In this document: positions 9,800-19,708 of the stretch, in pieces
How the letters are laid out: each line of letters begins with the position of its first letter
Position numbering within the stretch: the stretch's first letter is position 1
DNA from: a virus
Lineage: Duplodnaviria; Caudoviricetes
Reading direction: 5' to 3' (one strand)
IMG/VR virus record: IMGVR_UViG_3300028603_000005
Location: 1-64,000 of that record
DNA: 64,000 nucleotides
The notes under the pieces: model-generated
Told to the model about the DNA's origin: nothing
What the model saw: only the letters and a program-made list of their open reading frames with translations
Database searches by the model: none
Program-made: the position numbers and the translations under genes

Positions 9800-10480
9800 T
9801 TAGAAATTGCCACCATCCCAGACTTCTTGTCCTAGACCTGCAAAATCTCCACCATCAATATCTTCTCCAGCATCAATATCTATATCTACCGATGTTATAT
9901 AATCACTAGTTCTCATAATAATTCTTACTTCTTCTAAGTTAGTTATTTCTTTAAAGTTTGCTAAACGAGCTACTTTAATTTCATAAGCCATAGCGTATCT
10001 ATATAATCTTTGTCCTTCATTAAACTCAGTTTCATCAGAAGGTCCCATCACCCAAGTTAAGCTATACTTCTCTTTTAACATAGCAGTACCTGACTTATTA
10101 GATTGAATTACTTCTAATGTAGGGTCTAATGTTAAGAAGTGAATTATTTCTTCCGCTACTTCTACAGCAGATTCGTATGTGTTAGCATAGATATCAAATT
10201 GATAAGCTAACTTTACTTGTGTGAACCTAACTGCGAACAACTTATCTAGTGTTTCATTAAATACATTCACCCCAACAAACCTTGCTCCCATTGTTTGACT
10301 TTCTGCTGGTTCAATTCCGTTAGGTCTATAAATATTTACAAGGGGGAATTTTAACTTAGTCTCAGGGTCTTGAGAAGCATCATAAGCTTGGTAAAATGCT
10401 ATCTGTGTATTAGCGAACTGCGTGTTCTTATAAACTTTCTTTATTTTAGCAAGTAAGGCTTTATCAAAATCGTTTGTCAT
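9800..10480 (-). CDS. Tail completion/terminator protein (gp15-like)
   Basis: LKFPLVNIYR...VKLAYQFDIYA...LYRYAMAYEI; upstream of the sheath gene. Confidence 0.55.
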   Translation of the reverse strand: MTNDFDKALLAKIKKVYKNTQFANTQIAFYQAYDASQDPETKLKFPLVNIYRPNGIEPAESQTMGARFVGVNVFNETLDKLFAVRFTQVKLAYQFDIYANTYESAVEVAEEIIHFLTLDPTLEVIQSNKSGTAMLKEKYSLTWVMGPSDETEFNEGQRLYRYAMAYEIKVARLANFKEITNLEEVRIIMRTSDYITSVDIDIDAGEDIDGGDFAGLGQEVWDGGNF

Positions 10481-10492
10481 TTAATAAACCAC

Positions 10493-11095
10493 CTACTCTA
10501 AGATATACTTAATATATTTTTGTAAACTTTGTTCTAAGTAATAACCTTTTCTTTCAGTGTTGGATAAATATCTAATAGTATTATCTCCTTTAGTATAAAT
10601 TAGTTGATTGGTGTTCATATTATACTTAAATGAGTAGTCTACTCCATTATAAGTAAATCTTACAAGTGGAGCTAATACTCTATATTTACCTTCGCTTTGA
10701 AATCTCCACTCATACATATAGTTTTCAACAAGCTCTACAGAGTAGTTTGAGATACTTGAAAATTTTTCAATAGATTCTGTTTGTTGTTGTAATAACTCTT
10801 CTCTTGTCATTCCTCTATATGTAAATAAAGCAGCATCATCTGGGAGAATGAGGGCGACTGTTTTTGCTAATTTAAGGCTTAATTTATCTAAGTCCTCCCC
10901 TTCTGGATTATCTTTCTTTTCAATAATGTCTTTAAGGCGACTATTAAACGTCCCTGTATCAGAAACAAGCCCTACATCAACTAATTCTTCTCTTACCATA
11001 GCTATTTCATCTGCTGTATAGTCCTTAAAATATTCTTTTAGTTCATCAAAATCAAGTGATATGATTTCTTCATACAATTCGTTTAAACTTTTCAT
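10493..11095 (-). CDS. Hypothetical protein, member of a tandem paralog family
   Basis: C-terminal half aligns by eye with 12753-13427 and 12017-12298. Confidence 0.6.
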   Translation of the reverse strand: MKSLNELYEEIISLDFDELKEYFKDYTADEIAMVREELVDVGLVSDTGTFNSRLKDIIEKKDNPEGEDLDKLSLKLAKTVALILPDDAALFTYRGMTREELLQQQTESIEKFSSISNYSVELVENYMYEWRFQSEGKYRVLAPLVRFTYNGVDYSFKYNMNTNQLIYTKGDNTIRYLSNTERKGYYLEQSLQKYIKYILE

Positions 11096-11193
11096 AATTA
11101 CCTCGCTTTAATTTACTGCTAATTTTTAACAATTAACTTACATTTGTGTAGCAGTAGTCACACATGTAAATTACTTAGTAAAAACTAAGTAGT

Positions 11194-11874
11194 TTATCTA
11201 CTTTCTAAGTATTCTAAGATATAACTAATTGCTTCAGCTACTTGTGATACTCTACCTTTGTATGTAGTATCTTCTGTTTCTTCTACTGAAAATATGTTCT
11301 CGCCGAATTCTGGTGTTAAATAAACAATTCCAGGACTCTCTTTTTCAAAGTTGTAGTAAAAACGAATAGGTATATCACTCTTTGTTGTATGGAGTTTTAA
11401 ATCTACTTCTATTCTATAGACAGGTTTTTTGTATAGTGATAGTCTATCGTTGTCTAAAATTACTTTACTTGCTTCAAAGTTTTCATAGGTTATTTTTTTA
11501 GTTAGTTTAGCTAATCTTTCCATATTTCTTTTTAGTGTTGCTGAGATATTTTTTTCTAAGCCTTCTCTAATGGATGTTAAGATTGTTTTAGCAATAAGTT
11601 CAGCTGACAATCTATACTCATTAGCAGAACTTAGGTCAGCATCTTTTGCACTTTCTCTATTATAGTAATTAAGGACAATATCAGCTATATTACCCCAACC
11701 GTAGGTAGTCTTGGGTAAGCCTAGTTCATCCATATCTAATAAAGTTTCTCTTATCTCACCTAAAGAGTATTCTTGAAGGATTGGTTTTAAGGCACCTGTC
11801 ATCTCATAACGAGTAAAGTCTTTTTCTCCTGTGAGCGTATTATCATGAAAGTCTATTAATTTGTCTAATAGCAT
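11194..11874 (-). CDS. Hypothetical protein, member of a tandem paralog family
   Basis: N-terminus MLLDKL..F shared with 12753-13427. Confidence 0.6.
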   Translation of the reverse strand: MLLDKLIDFHDNTLTGEKDFTRYEMTGALKPILQEYSLGEIRETLLDMDELGLPKTTYGWGNIADIVLNYYNRESAKDADLSSANEYRLSAELIAKTILTSIREGLEKNISATLKRNMERLAKLTKKITYENFEASKVILDNDRLSLYKKPVYRIEVDLKLHTTKSDIPIRFYYNFEKESPGIVYLTPEFGENIFSVEETEDTTYKGRVSQVAEAISYILEYLESR

Positions 11875-12016
11875 GTTTCCCTCCTACAACTTATAGATAA
11901 CTTTGAACTGTTGGTTTTATTGCTTTTTGAATGGCTCTACCATGTTGGGATTTATTAAACATTTTTACACCTGTTTCTATTTTAATGTAGTTAACATATC
12001 TATTACTTTCTCTAAA

Positions 12017-12298
12017 TCATACATGGTCTTTTAATTTTCCTTTATATAAATATGCGTTTAATAGTCTAAGCACTACTCTTTCAATGGCGTAATCTTCTTG
12101 AAGGCCTGTTTCTATTTTAATGTAGTTAACATCACCACCATTTACTTTGAAAGATACTTGTTGTGTTGTTCCATTATAAGCTATTGCTAAAGTATCATCA
12201 GAACCTTTTAAACCTAATGTTAAAATAGGACTATAAACAACAGGCACATATTTACTAACTCCGTTTACTTCTCTGTTAACATAGTATAATATAGACAC
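12017..12298 (-). CDS. C-terminal half of a split paralog
   Basis: VVYSPILTL...TQQVSF..NGGDVNYI matches the C-terminal domain of 12753-13427; overlaps 12265-12753 in another frame. Confidence 0.5.
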   Translation of the reverse strand: MSILYYVNREVNGVSKYVPVVYSPILTLGLKGSDDTLAIAYNGTTQQVSFKVNGGDVNYIKIETGLQEDYAIERVVLRLLNAYLYKGKLKDHV

Positions 12299-12753
12299 TT
12301 TCTTTTTATATATATATAACTTCTATAGACAACATCTTTTAGGTATAAACCACAAGTTCCTCTAAAATTACTAATTAAATTATATAGTTTTCTTTTAGCA
12401 TAATCTTCTTTAAACTCTTTTGTTTCTTCGTTAAAGTAATCATAATAGTATGTATAGTAATGTCTAGGAAGCATTTCTTTTACTAAGCCGTTTCTAACAA
12501 ACCTTACTAAGTCTTCCATTTCTTCAAGACTAACTTCACTATTTTCTTTTTTTAATCGGTTTTCTAACCATTTTCTTAATATCCTTAGATTAGATTTAGT
12601 GAGCTTATAATCAGAGTCTGCTAAAATATCTTCTAATTCATAACAAATTTTTTCTACAGTTTCTATATCAAACTGTTCAAAGTATCTAAATATTTCTGAA
12701 TAAGATATAGATGTTGTTATTGTTTCAATAGCTTCATTTAAGTTATATTCCAC
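12265..12753 (-). CDS. N-terminal half of a split paralog
   Basis: LNEAIETI...YFEQF..E resembles the N-terminus of 10493-11095. Confidence 0.5.
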   Translation of the reverse strand: MEYNLNEAIETITTSISYSEIFRYFEQFDIETVEKICYELEDILADSDYKLTKSNLRILRKWLENRLKKENSEVSLEEMEDLVRFVRNGLVKEMLPRHYYTYYYDYFNEETKEFKEDYAKRKLYNLISNFRGTCGLYLKDVVYRSYIYIKRKCLYYTMLTEK

Positions 12754-13427
12754 TATGAATCACCTTTTTCTAAAAGTTTTTTTATTAAACTACCTAAATA
12801 GTTTTCAAGATAAGTGCCGTTTATCATCTCCCAACCAGTTTCTGATTTAATACTTAAATAGTTAATAGTTGAACCACCATCAAAAGAATATGATAGTTGC
12901 TTAGTGTGTTCATTAAGTAATAGTCTTAAAGTCTCTCCTTTATATTCTAACTCTAATAAAGGTGATACTGCATAAACAGTCACATTTCTATTTCTATTAA
13001 AAACATTAGGTGTTTTTAATTTATACTCTCTAAGTTTTAATGCTTTTGTAGTTATCCCTAAGTCAATATCAAGCTGTTTATATGTAGTAGATATTTTATT
13101 ATTAACATCATCAATATTATCAATTTTATAGTTTGAGCTACGATATAAAACGCCTGTTAAACACTTAATTAGTTTTTCAATTTTCATTTCTAATGTAGGT
13201 GAATTAGTGTATGTTCTGTTTCTTAGGTCTTGATGAACAGTTTGTAATGCTTGGCGAACTACATGTTTTGAATAACCCAAAGTATCTAACTCTTCTAAGA
13301 CTTCTTTTACTTCTTCTAAAGTATATCCTGAAGATACTATTTTTTCTACTTCACCAATAATATAGTTTATATCTATTATGTGTGGTTCAAGTTCTTCTAT
13401 AAAGTTTAGTATTTTATCTAATAACAT
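12753..13427 (-). CDS. Hypothetical protein, member of a tandem paralog family
   Basis: ORF with RBS directly after the capsid gene. Confidence 0.6.
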   Translation of the reverse strand: MLLDKILNFIEELEPHIIDINYIIGEVEKIVSSGYTLEEVKEVLEELDTLGYSKHVVRQALQTVHQDLRNRTYTNSPTLEMKIEKLIKCLTGVLYRSSNYKIDNIDDVNNKISTTYKQLDIDLGITTKALKLREYKLKTPNVFNRNRNVTVYAVSPLLELEYKGETLRLLLNEHTKQLSYSFDGGSTINYLSIKSETGWEMINGTYLENYLGSLIKKLLEKGDS

Positions 13428-13450
13428 ATTATCTCCTTTTGCTTTAGTTG

Positions 13451-13486
13451 AAGTAGGTTAGAGACCCCGAAGGGCCTCATCTACTT
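13451..13486 (-). terminator. Hairpin with a C(UUCG)G tetraloop after the major capsid gene
   Basis: Minus strand AAGTAGATGAGGCCCTTCGGGGTCTCTAACCTACTT. Confidence 0.6.
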
Positions 13487-13502
13487 ATTTTTAGTTTACT
13501 TC

Positions 13503-15035
13503 TTATGGAGTAGTTGTTTCAAAGAAGTCCTCAATTACTTTACCATCAGAGTCCCAAAGAACGATAGGTTGAGCAACTGGGTTATCAACGATAGAACCAC
13601 TTACGAAATATTTGTTGTTAACAACAAGTTTTCCATAAGAAGTTGTGTATGCTTTACGAGCTAAGAAGTCATCAAGCATAACAGTTGGTGTAGCAATTAC
13701 TGGAATGTATGGAGCAAAGATAATACCAGCATCTAAAGAATCTTGTGGAGACTTGTAGATAACTGCCCAGTCATTAGCACCCAATTCAGGGATAGCAATA
13801 ACTTTAATATCTTTTAATTTACCAATAACTTTAGCACCAGCTAAGTTAGAACCATAGTTTTCACCAGTGAAATCAGGAAGTGTTTCAACGATTGTTTGTG
13901 CATTAACACCAACAAGTAATACGTTTCCTCTTACTCTCTTAGAATCTTGGAAGATTTTATTAGAAGCTTTAACAACAGCGTCTCTAAATGAAAGTTTATG
14001 GAATTCATATAATCCATTAGCAACACCTGCAGATTTATTCCAGTCTACATGTGTGTTAGCACTCTTCATAATTTCAAATACGAAGTCTAAGTCTGTTTCT
14101 CTCTTAAGTTGATACATAGCTTGTTCAGCTAATTTTTCTTCTAAAGAAGCACCGAATTGAGCTTCAAAACCAAAACCAGCTTGGAATGAGTAGTTAGTCT
14201 TGATTGTTCTAGCTTTAGCAGTGATTTCTCTTGAATCAATGTTAGCGTTTAATTCTGGAACATCAGTTGGAGCATACTTGTTAGAATATCTATATTGAAT
14301 AGTTTTAATAGTAGTTGTGTCTGTACCATCATTTTCAAAGTTGATAGTGTTTCCACTAACAGTTTGTTTGATTTTTAGAATTGTTCCATCAAGTGTTTTT
14401 TCTTCACCATCAGCATCAAATGCTTTTATTGAGTCAGCAATGATTGGTCCCCATAATCTTACTACAGTGTCGGCATCAACTGTTACAACGTCTGAAGTAT
14501 ATTCTGGGTTAGTGTTGATTTCAAATGGAGTAATTAATTTACTTCCTTTTGCAACTCCACCTTTGTCTGAACCCGCTACTGATTCATAGAAGAATACCAT
14601 AGCTTTTTCAGTTTTGATTGGTTGTGTAGAAGCGATTTCATGAACGATTAGATTTGGGAAATATCCAAAGAAGATATCAAAGTAAGTTTTTACTAAACCT
14701 ACACCAGCACCTTGTCCAACTACTTCTGGAGTCCAAGCTCCTGCTTGAGTTGCTTCTGCCATAACTTTTGTTGCGTTAGCAATATTCTCAGCTAATTGAG
14801 AATATAATTTTTTGTTTACTTCTGTCATTTCTGCTGTTCTTACGTTAATTGCTTCAGTGATTGTTCTAGGGCCTTTAGATTGAACATTTAATGTTTCTCT
14901 AACAACTCTAGGTTGTCTTTCAGCAACTACTTTTTTATTTTCAACAACAGGTTTTTTAGAAGCAGTTTCTTTTTTAACTTTAGCAGCTCTCTTTTTACGG
15001 ATTTCAGCTAAAATTTGTTCTTTTGTAATAGCCAT
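13503..15035 (-). CDS. Major capsid protein (T4 gp23-like)
   Basis: FPNLIVHEIASTQPI, ITAKARTIKTNYS, DAGIIFAPYIP, RKAYTTSYG motifs; basic N-terminal propeptide. Confidence 0.9.
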   Translation of the reverse strand: MAITKEQILAEIRKKRAAKVKKETASKKPVVENKKVVAERQPRVVRETLNVQSKGPRTITEAINVRTAEMTEVNKKLYSQLAENIANATKVMAEATQAGAWTPEVVGQGAGVGLVKTYFDIFFGYFPNLIVHEIASTQPIKTEKAMVFFYESVAGSDKGGVAKGSKLITPFEINTNPEYTSDVVTVDADTVVRLWGPIIADSIKAFDADGEEKTLDGTILKIKQTVSGNTINFENDGTDTTTIKTIQYRYSNKYAPTDVPELNANIDSREITAKARTIKTNYSFQAGFGFEAQFGASLEEKLAEQAMYQLKRETDLDFVFEIMKSANTHVDWNKSAGVANGLYEFHKLSFRDAVVKASNKIFQDSKRVRGNVLLVGVNAQTIVETLPDFTGENYGSNLAGAKVIGKLKDIKVIAIPELGANDWAVIYKSPQDSLDAGIIFAPYIPVIATPTVMLDDFLARKAYTTSYGKLVVNNKYFVSGSIVDNPVAQPIVLWDSDGKVIEDFFETTTP

Positions 15036-15172
15036 TTTAATTTCTCTCCTTATTGTTTTTATTTTTGTTTGCTATTTAACTCTTTCAACAATTTAACTCG
15101 GATTAAAATTAACTTATCTGTTTTTTATTTTTTACCTAAATTTGTTTAATGTTAGGCTTGTTCACAATTTAT

Positions 15173-15199
15173 TAAGTAGTTTAACGACATACTCAGGTC
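15173..15199 (-). ncRNA. Small H-type pseudoknot motif (copy upstream of the capsid gene)
   Basis: Minus strand GACCTGAGTATGTCGTTAAACTACTTA: GAC/GTC stem, loop TGAGTA pairs with TACTTA. Covaries with the copies at 19709 and 19892. Confidence 0.55.
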
Positions 15200-15205
15200 A
15201 AAGTT

Positions 15206-16321
15206 TTATTTCTTTATTTCTTTCACTATTATTGATGTATTTCTACTATGATAGTCTGGTTCGCAAACTACTTGCTCTGGATAACTACCACGATTAATAT
15301 ATACATATAAGTAGTTAATCTCTTTATCAGTTAAAGTTAAAGATTGCTCTAATGTAACATCTTGAAGTCCAAGAGCATCTCCATCTTCATCATAAATACC
15401 GAGAAAAGTTCCTGCTGGTAATTCAAGAGTGTGTGTTCCTGACATAACCCCTAACATCTCTTTAAGCTTCATGTCTGTAATAACCACCATAAAGTGAGTT
15501 TCAATGATACCTTCATCAAAGAGGTCAAAATCATAAGATTCTTCAACTAATGTTTCTAAGAATTCAGAACCGTTGAAGTTATTTTTTATAATAGCGTCTT
15601 TTAAGTCTTCTATTGTATAACCTTGTAAAGAAGCTATGGTATATAAATTACTTTCTTTAATAACATCATCTGAGATTTCACCTATTCTGCTATTAAGATA
15701 GTTTGTTGTTGATAAGGATAAGTTAGGAAAACTTATCTCAAAGAAAACATCAAATCTATCATTAAGGAAAGAATCCCAGTCTTGAGACATATAGATTTCA
15801 ACACTGTCTCTTACTCTATCGTATAAGTCATCAGGTTCTATAGAATAACCTTTAGTGTTGACTAAGTAATCAACTATTTCATAAGCTTTATCAGAAATTA
15901 CTTCTGAGTAGTAGTGCCAACTATTCATATCTATACCATCAGTGTATTCAACAAAGGCTTCGTAAGGATTAGCACTGTATAAGAAGTTGTTTATATCATC
16001 TAATTCAATCCTATCGCTTTGGTCACGGTAGTGTTCTAAATGAAATTCTAAATCGCCAAGTCTTTCATATTCAAAAAAGACATCTTTACAAGCTTCTATT
16101 AAATCTTGAATAAACTCTTCTTCAGACTTTTCTTTTTGTTCTTGCCAAGTTTTATTAAGTTCTTCATACTTAGCTTTAACTTCATTTGTAGAATCTTTTA
16201 CTAATACTACTATTGTGCTTCTGTCTTCACTGGCTTCAAAGTAATAGTCGTTATCTTTTAAGAAATCTTTAAAATCATCTTCAAAGGTATCTTTATAAAC
16301 TGTGTATTGTGTGTATGCCAC
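15206..16321 (-). CDS. Hypothetical acidic protein
   Basis: 371-aa ORF, GTG start with a GGAGG RBS. Confidence 0.6.
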   Translation of the reverse strand: MAYTQYTVYKDTFEDDFKDFLKDNDYYFEASEDRSTIVVLVKDSTNEVKAKYEELNKTWQEQKEKSEEEFIQDLIEACKDVFFEYERLGDLEFHLEHYRDQSDRIELDDINNFLYSANPYEAFVEYTDGIDMNSWHYYSEVISDKAYEIVDYLVNTKGYSIEPDDLYDRVRDSVEIYMSQDWDSFLNDRFDVFFEISFPNLSLSTTNYLNSRIGEISDDVIKESNLYTIASLQGYTIEDLKDAIIKNNFNGSEFLETLVEESYDFDLFDEGIIETHFMVVITDMKLKEMLGVMSGTHTLELPAGTFLGIYDEDGDALGLQDVTLEQSLTLTDKEINYLYVYINRGSYPEQVVCEPDYHSRNTSIIVKEIKK

Positions 16322-16358
16322 TTAAGACACCTCCTAAATTAAATGTTTGTTTTATTTC

Positions 16359-16778
16359 TTAATCTCCAAAAAGTATTACTAACTCATCCCAACCTCTGTC
16401 TGGGTCATCATCGGCAATAGTAACAACTACCCTACCAAACTCATCATAAAAATACCAAGCTTCCTCATGTTCGTTGTAGCTGTAGGAATATATTTCTACA
16501 CCATTTATATATAAGTCTTCTTCATCTTTTACGTCATAATCATCTGAATCATTTTCTGCTAAAATTTCTTGTAAGGAGTTCTCACCATTTTCACCATCAA
16601 TTTCTCTCATTATATAATAAGCATCATCAATAGAAATTAGGTCTTTATAAACAAGAAAATTATTTTCTTCGTTTAAGATTAAACCTTGTGCAAGATTTAC
16701 ATCATCTTCACTATAATGTTCTCCTATAAATTCATATAGGTCTTTTACATTAAGTACAACTATTGAATATTTTTCCAT
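16359..16778 (-). CDS. Hypothetical acidic protein
   Basis: ORF in a co-oriented run. Confidence 0.55.
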   Translation of the reverse strand: MEKYSIVVLNVKDLYEFIGEHYSEDDVNLAQGLILNEENNFLVYKDLISIDDAYYIMREIDGENGENSLQEILAENDSDDYDVKDEEDLYINGVEIYSYSYNEHEEAWYFYDEFGRVVVTIADDDPDRGWDELVILFGD

Positions 16779-16793
16779 AATTTTCTATCTTTC

Positions 16794-17171
16794 TTATTCT
16801 TTAACTTCTAAAACATCTCTTAACACGCCATTAGTAAGGTCTATTAGTGTATGAATGTTTTTCTTTACTGTGTTTAGTTCTTCTTCAGTGAAGCCTCTAA
16901 AATAGCTTCCTTCTTCATCTACATCACTTGGTAGTAAGATAGCGTTGCCAAAAAGTTTTCTTCTGTTTGTGATTACTGTAGCGATTGGGTTGTCTTTTAA
17001 CAATCCTTCATCATCTACTACAAAATCTACTAAGACACCATCCACATCAATAGTGGCAATATCTATGTAGTCTGCTTCTATCTTATCATAAGCGAATTGT
17101 AGAAAGTTTGCATAATCTAATTCAATGGTTCTATGTTCACCATCTACTCTTAATAAAATCCCTACTTTCAT
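16794..17171 (-). CDS. DUF3846-like protein
   Basis: VVDDEGLLK..P......LFGNAIL...DEEG...GFTEEE pattern. Confidence 0.6.
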   Translation of the reverse strand: MKVGILLRVDGEHRTIELDYANFLQFAYDKIEADYIDIATIDVDGVLVDFVVDDEGLLKDNPIATVITNRRKLFGNAILLPSDVDEEGSYFRGFTEEELNTVKKNIHTLIDLTNGVLRDVLEVKE

Positions 17172-17181
17172 ATTTATCTCC

Positions 17182-18978
17182 TTATTTAGCTAATGTTTCT
17201 AGATATTCTAATTCTTCTTCAGTAAGTTCTGCTAGTTCTTCTTCAGTAAATTCAGATAAAATATCATCTTCTTCTACTTCGTCTTCTTCTAAGGCTTTTT
17301 CATCTACTTCAAAGTCAACATCTTCAATATCTTCAATATCTACTTCAAAATCTTCCACAGGGGCTACTAAATCTTTTAATGATTCTACTTCTTTAGCTAA
17401 GGCTTCAATAGCACTTAAAACATCTTGTAGTGTAGGTTCTTCTTCTACTTCTTCGCCTTCTTCATCTTCAGGTTGTTCTTCCTCAGGCTGTTCTTCGTCT
17501 TTAACTTCATCTTCTAAGTCTTCAACTTCATCTTCGCCTTCTTCTAAGATTTCATCAAGTTCTTCTAATTGTTCAGCGATATCTTCTTCATCTGTAGCTT
17601 CAGTTAATACTTTTTTATCTTTATCCACTTCTTCTTCTCCTTCTTTAATAACAGATTCTTTAAGTTGTTCTTTTAATAAGTCAACTTCATCATTAATTTC
17701 CTTTAATTCTTTCTTTAACTTCTCAACAGTTTTATTATAATCTTTTGGATTAGCATCAGCTTTATAAAGTTCTTTGAACTCTTCTTCAGTCATGTTTTCT
17801 AATTCAAAAATCATGTTATAAATTTTATGTGCTTTAGTCTTTAAAGATTTAATATACTCTTTTTTAGAATCTGCTACAACGCCTTCTAATAAGAGTTCAT
17901 CTATTTTATTGGTTGTCTTACCTTTAACCACTTTACTTCCACCTTCTTTAGCTTCTACCTTAGGTTCTTTGTATATAACACTATTATAAGTTACACCTTC
18001 ATTGTCTGTGTATACATCTTTTTCAATTCTTTCAATACTGTCTTTAACTTCTTCAACCCATCGTCTAACTAAGCCTATATCTCCAACTTCTTCTATATAG
18101 CTTTGTAAATACTCATTTTTTAGAATTTCCTCAGTATCTCCATTTACCCCAAAACGGTGGTATGCTATAATTGATACAATCATACTCTTAGTTCTATCTT
18201 CAAGTGTTTTGTGTCCATATCTTTCGTTTAAGACTTTTTTAATACCTTTTGGGTGTTTTATAGCTTCTGCTTTTACTTCTTTTTCTTTCTTAAGAAGTTC
18301 TATATACTCTTCATAAATATCTTTATGTTCTTTATCTTCTTTAGCCAACTTTTGAACTGATTCAATCAGCATAGTTCTATTAGCTTTTCTACTTTCTGTT
18401 AGAACTGCAGTATTTCTAAATGAAGGGTCATATACAAAGTCTAAAGACATAAGTTCAAATGTTTCAGGAATAATACGAGAATAAGATTCATTAACATTTG
18501 TAATTTGTTCTGATTCTCCTAGTCCTCTTAATGAGATACCTAATACTTCACCACCACCTACTAATTTAGCGTAGTCTAAGTGTGTTTTAGTAATCCTTCC
18601 CATAGGAGTATTGAGAATGTCAGCTTGTCCTGACCAACTACCATTATCATTTCTCTTAACACTTCTCCACATGATTGCGTTCTCTTGTAATCTAACACTT
18701 GCATCATCTGTGTTTGGGTGGTCTAATGAACCTGCTAATGTAGCTGGTTTAAGTTCTCCTTTATCATTAACGAACTTTCCACCTTTTCCAAAGGTAGCTT
18801 GTGTTTCCCACAGTGCTGATTCATAATAAGTCCTATTTTGGGAAATAGTATTCTCTTGAATGAAGTCGCTTACTTCAAAAGTCCCTAAGATTGGACCATC
18901 TTTGTCTGCACTTGGTTTATATGATTCAAGTATATTCAAACCACCAACTTTAGTTTCTACTATTATTTTTTTATTCAT
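17182..18978 (-). CDS. Prohead core protease (gp21-like) fused to an acidic/coiled scaffold-like region
   Basis: SQNRTYY, GSLDHP, ILNTPMGRI, LGISLRGLG, FELMSLDFVYDPSF; very acidic C-terminus. Confidence 0.85.
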   Translation of the reverse strand: MNKKIIVETKVGGLNILESYKPSADKDGPILGTFEVSDFIQENTISQNRTYYESALWETQATFGKGGKFVNDKGELKPATLAGSLDHPNTDDASVRLQENAIMWRSVKRNDNGSWSGQADILNTPMGRITKTHLDYAKLVGGGEVLGISLRGLGESEQITNVNESYSRIIPETFELMSLDFVYDPSFRNTAVLTESRKANRTMLIESVQKLAKEDKEHKDIYEEYIELLKKEKEVKAEAIKHPKGIKKVLNERYGHKTLEDRTKSMIVSIIAYHRFGVNGDTEEILKNEYLQSYIEEVGDIGLVRRWVEEVKDSIERIEKDVYTDNEGVTYNSVIYKEPKVEAKEGGSKVVKGKTTNKIDELLLEGVVADSKKEYIKSLKTKAHKIYNMIFELENMTEEEFKELYKADANPKDYNKTVEKLKKELKEINDEVDLLKEQLKESVIKEGEEEVDKDKKVLTEATDEEDIAEQLEELDEILEEGEDEVEDLEDEVKDEEQPEEEQPEDEEGEEVEEEPTLQDVLSAIEALAKEVESLKDLVAPVEDFEVDIEDIEDVDFEVDEKALEEDEVEEDDILSEFTEEELAELTEEELEYLETLAK

Positions 18979-18994
18979 AATACCTTACCACCTT

Positions 18995-19252
18995 TTATTT
19001 TATGATTTTGATTGTGAAGGCTCTTAAACCTTTGTTGTCAACTTCTTTATATAAGAACTCTACCTTATCCCCAACCTTTACTTCTTTCTTGTCTGGAAGT
19101 AAAACTTGAGTGTAGTGAAAGAAGATGTCTTTATCAGGTTCTTCTGTAGTGAAGATGAAGCCATAACCAGTTTGTTCGTTGAAAGAACGAATAACACCTT
19201 TAGCTTCATAAAATACTTCGCCTTTTCTATTTGTAATTTCTTTTTTTGTCAT
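18995..19252 (-). CDS. Cold-shock domain protein
   Basis: GVIRSFNEQTGYGFI and DIFFHYTQV (RNP1/RNP2). Confidence 0.85.
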   Translation of the reverse strand: MTKKEITNRKGEVFYEAKGVIRSFNEQTGYGFIFTTEEPDKDIFFHYTQVLLPDKKEVKVGDKVEFLYKEVDNKGLRAFTIKIIK

Positions 19253-19295
19253 CTAACTAACTAACCTTTCTCAATAGTAATAGAGTGCCTTACAC

Positions 19296-19318
19296 ACCCT
19301 TCATTATATAATATACTT
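19296..19318 (-). promoter_or_regulatory. Putative late promoter (23-bp element identical to 35827-35849)
   Basis: Minus strand AAGTATATTATATAATGAAGGGT occurs upstream of both virion-gene operons. Confidence 0.6.
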
Positions 19319-19496
19319 ATACAGTGTTTAATTATATACTCTTATAACCCTTATAACAAACAAAAAGGGGTGTTAAAAAGTTCTTGTTTAAACTATTATA
19401 ACAACACCACTTATTTTAAATCTTAATAACTAATCATGTTTACTTGTCGTAGATACTTTTAATGGTTTTTATCCTTGTTTACTTGTCGTGAATACT

Positions 19497-19540
19497 ATAC
19501 AGTTTTGGGGACAATCGTGCTACCGTTACACTATGCAATC
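19497..19540 (-). pseudogene. Degenerate tRNA-Trp-like fragment (D arm and anticodon arm only)
   Basis: Minus strand GCATAGTGTAACGGTAGCACGATTGTCCCCAAAACTGT resembles the 5' half of tRNA-Trp(CCA); no T arm or acceptor 3' strand. Confidence 0.4.
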
Positions 19541-19543
19541 TTA

Positions 19544-19707
19544 TTAATTTAAAATTAGAGTGACTACCTCGAACTCGTACTTTAACAGAAGGGGGTAATT
19601 ACTTCCACTTAATCTGTGTTGTGTCCCTCACATAGCTTACCATAAACCACCTTGTGCACTAGACAGTTTTACTCTCAGCTAAACCGACCACTCTAATTTT
19701 AAATTAA
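19544..19707 (-). ncRNA. Unidentified ~165-nt structured RNA closed by a perfect 19-bp terminal stem
   Basis: TTAATTTAAAATTAGAGTG (19544-19562) is the exact reverse complement of 19689-19707; GC-richer interior; no ORF. Confidence 0.5.
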
Positions 19708-19708
19708 G

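Noticed and set aside
19497-19540. Functional tRNA-Trp
   Set aside because: No T arm or acceptor 3' strand, and the anticodon arm is imperfect; kept only as a remnant.
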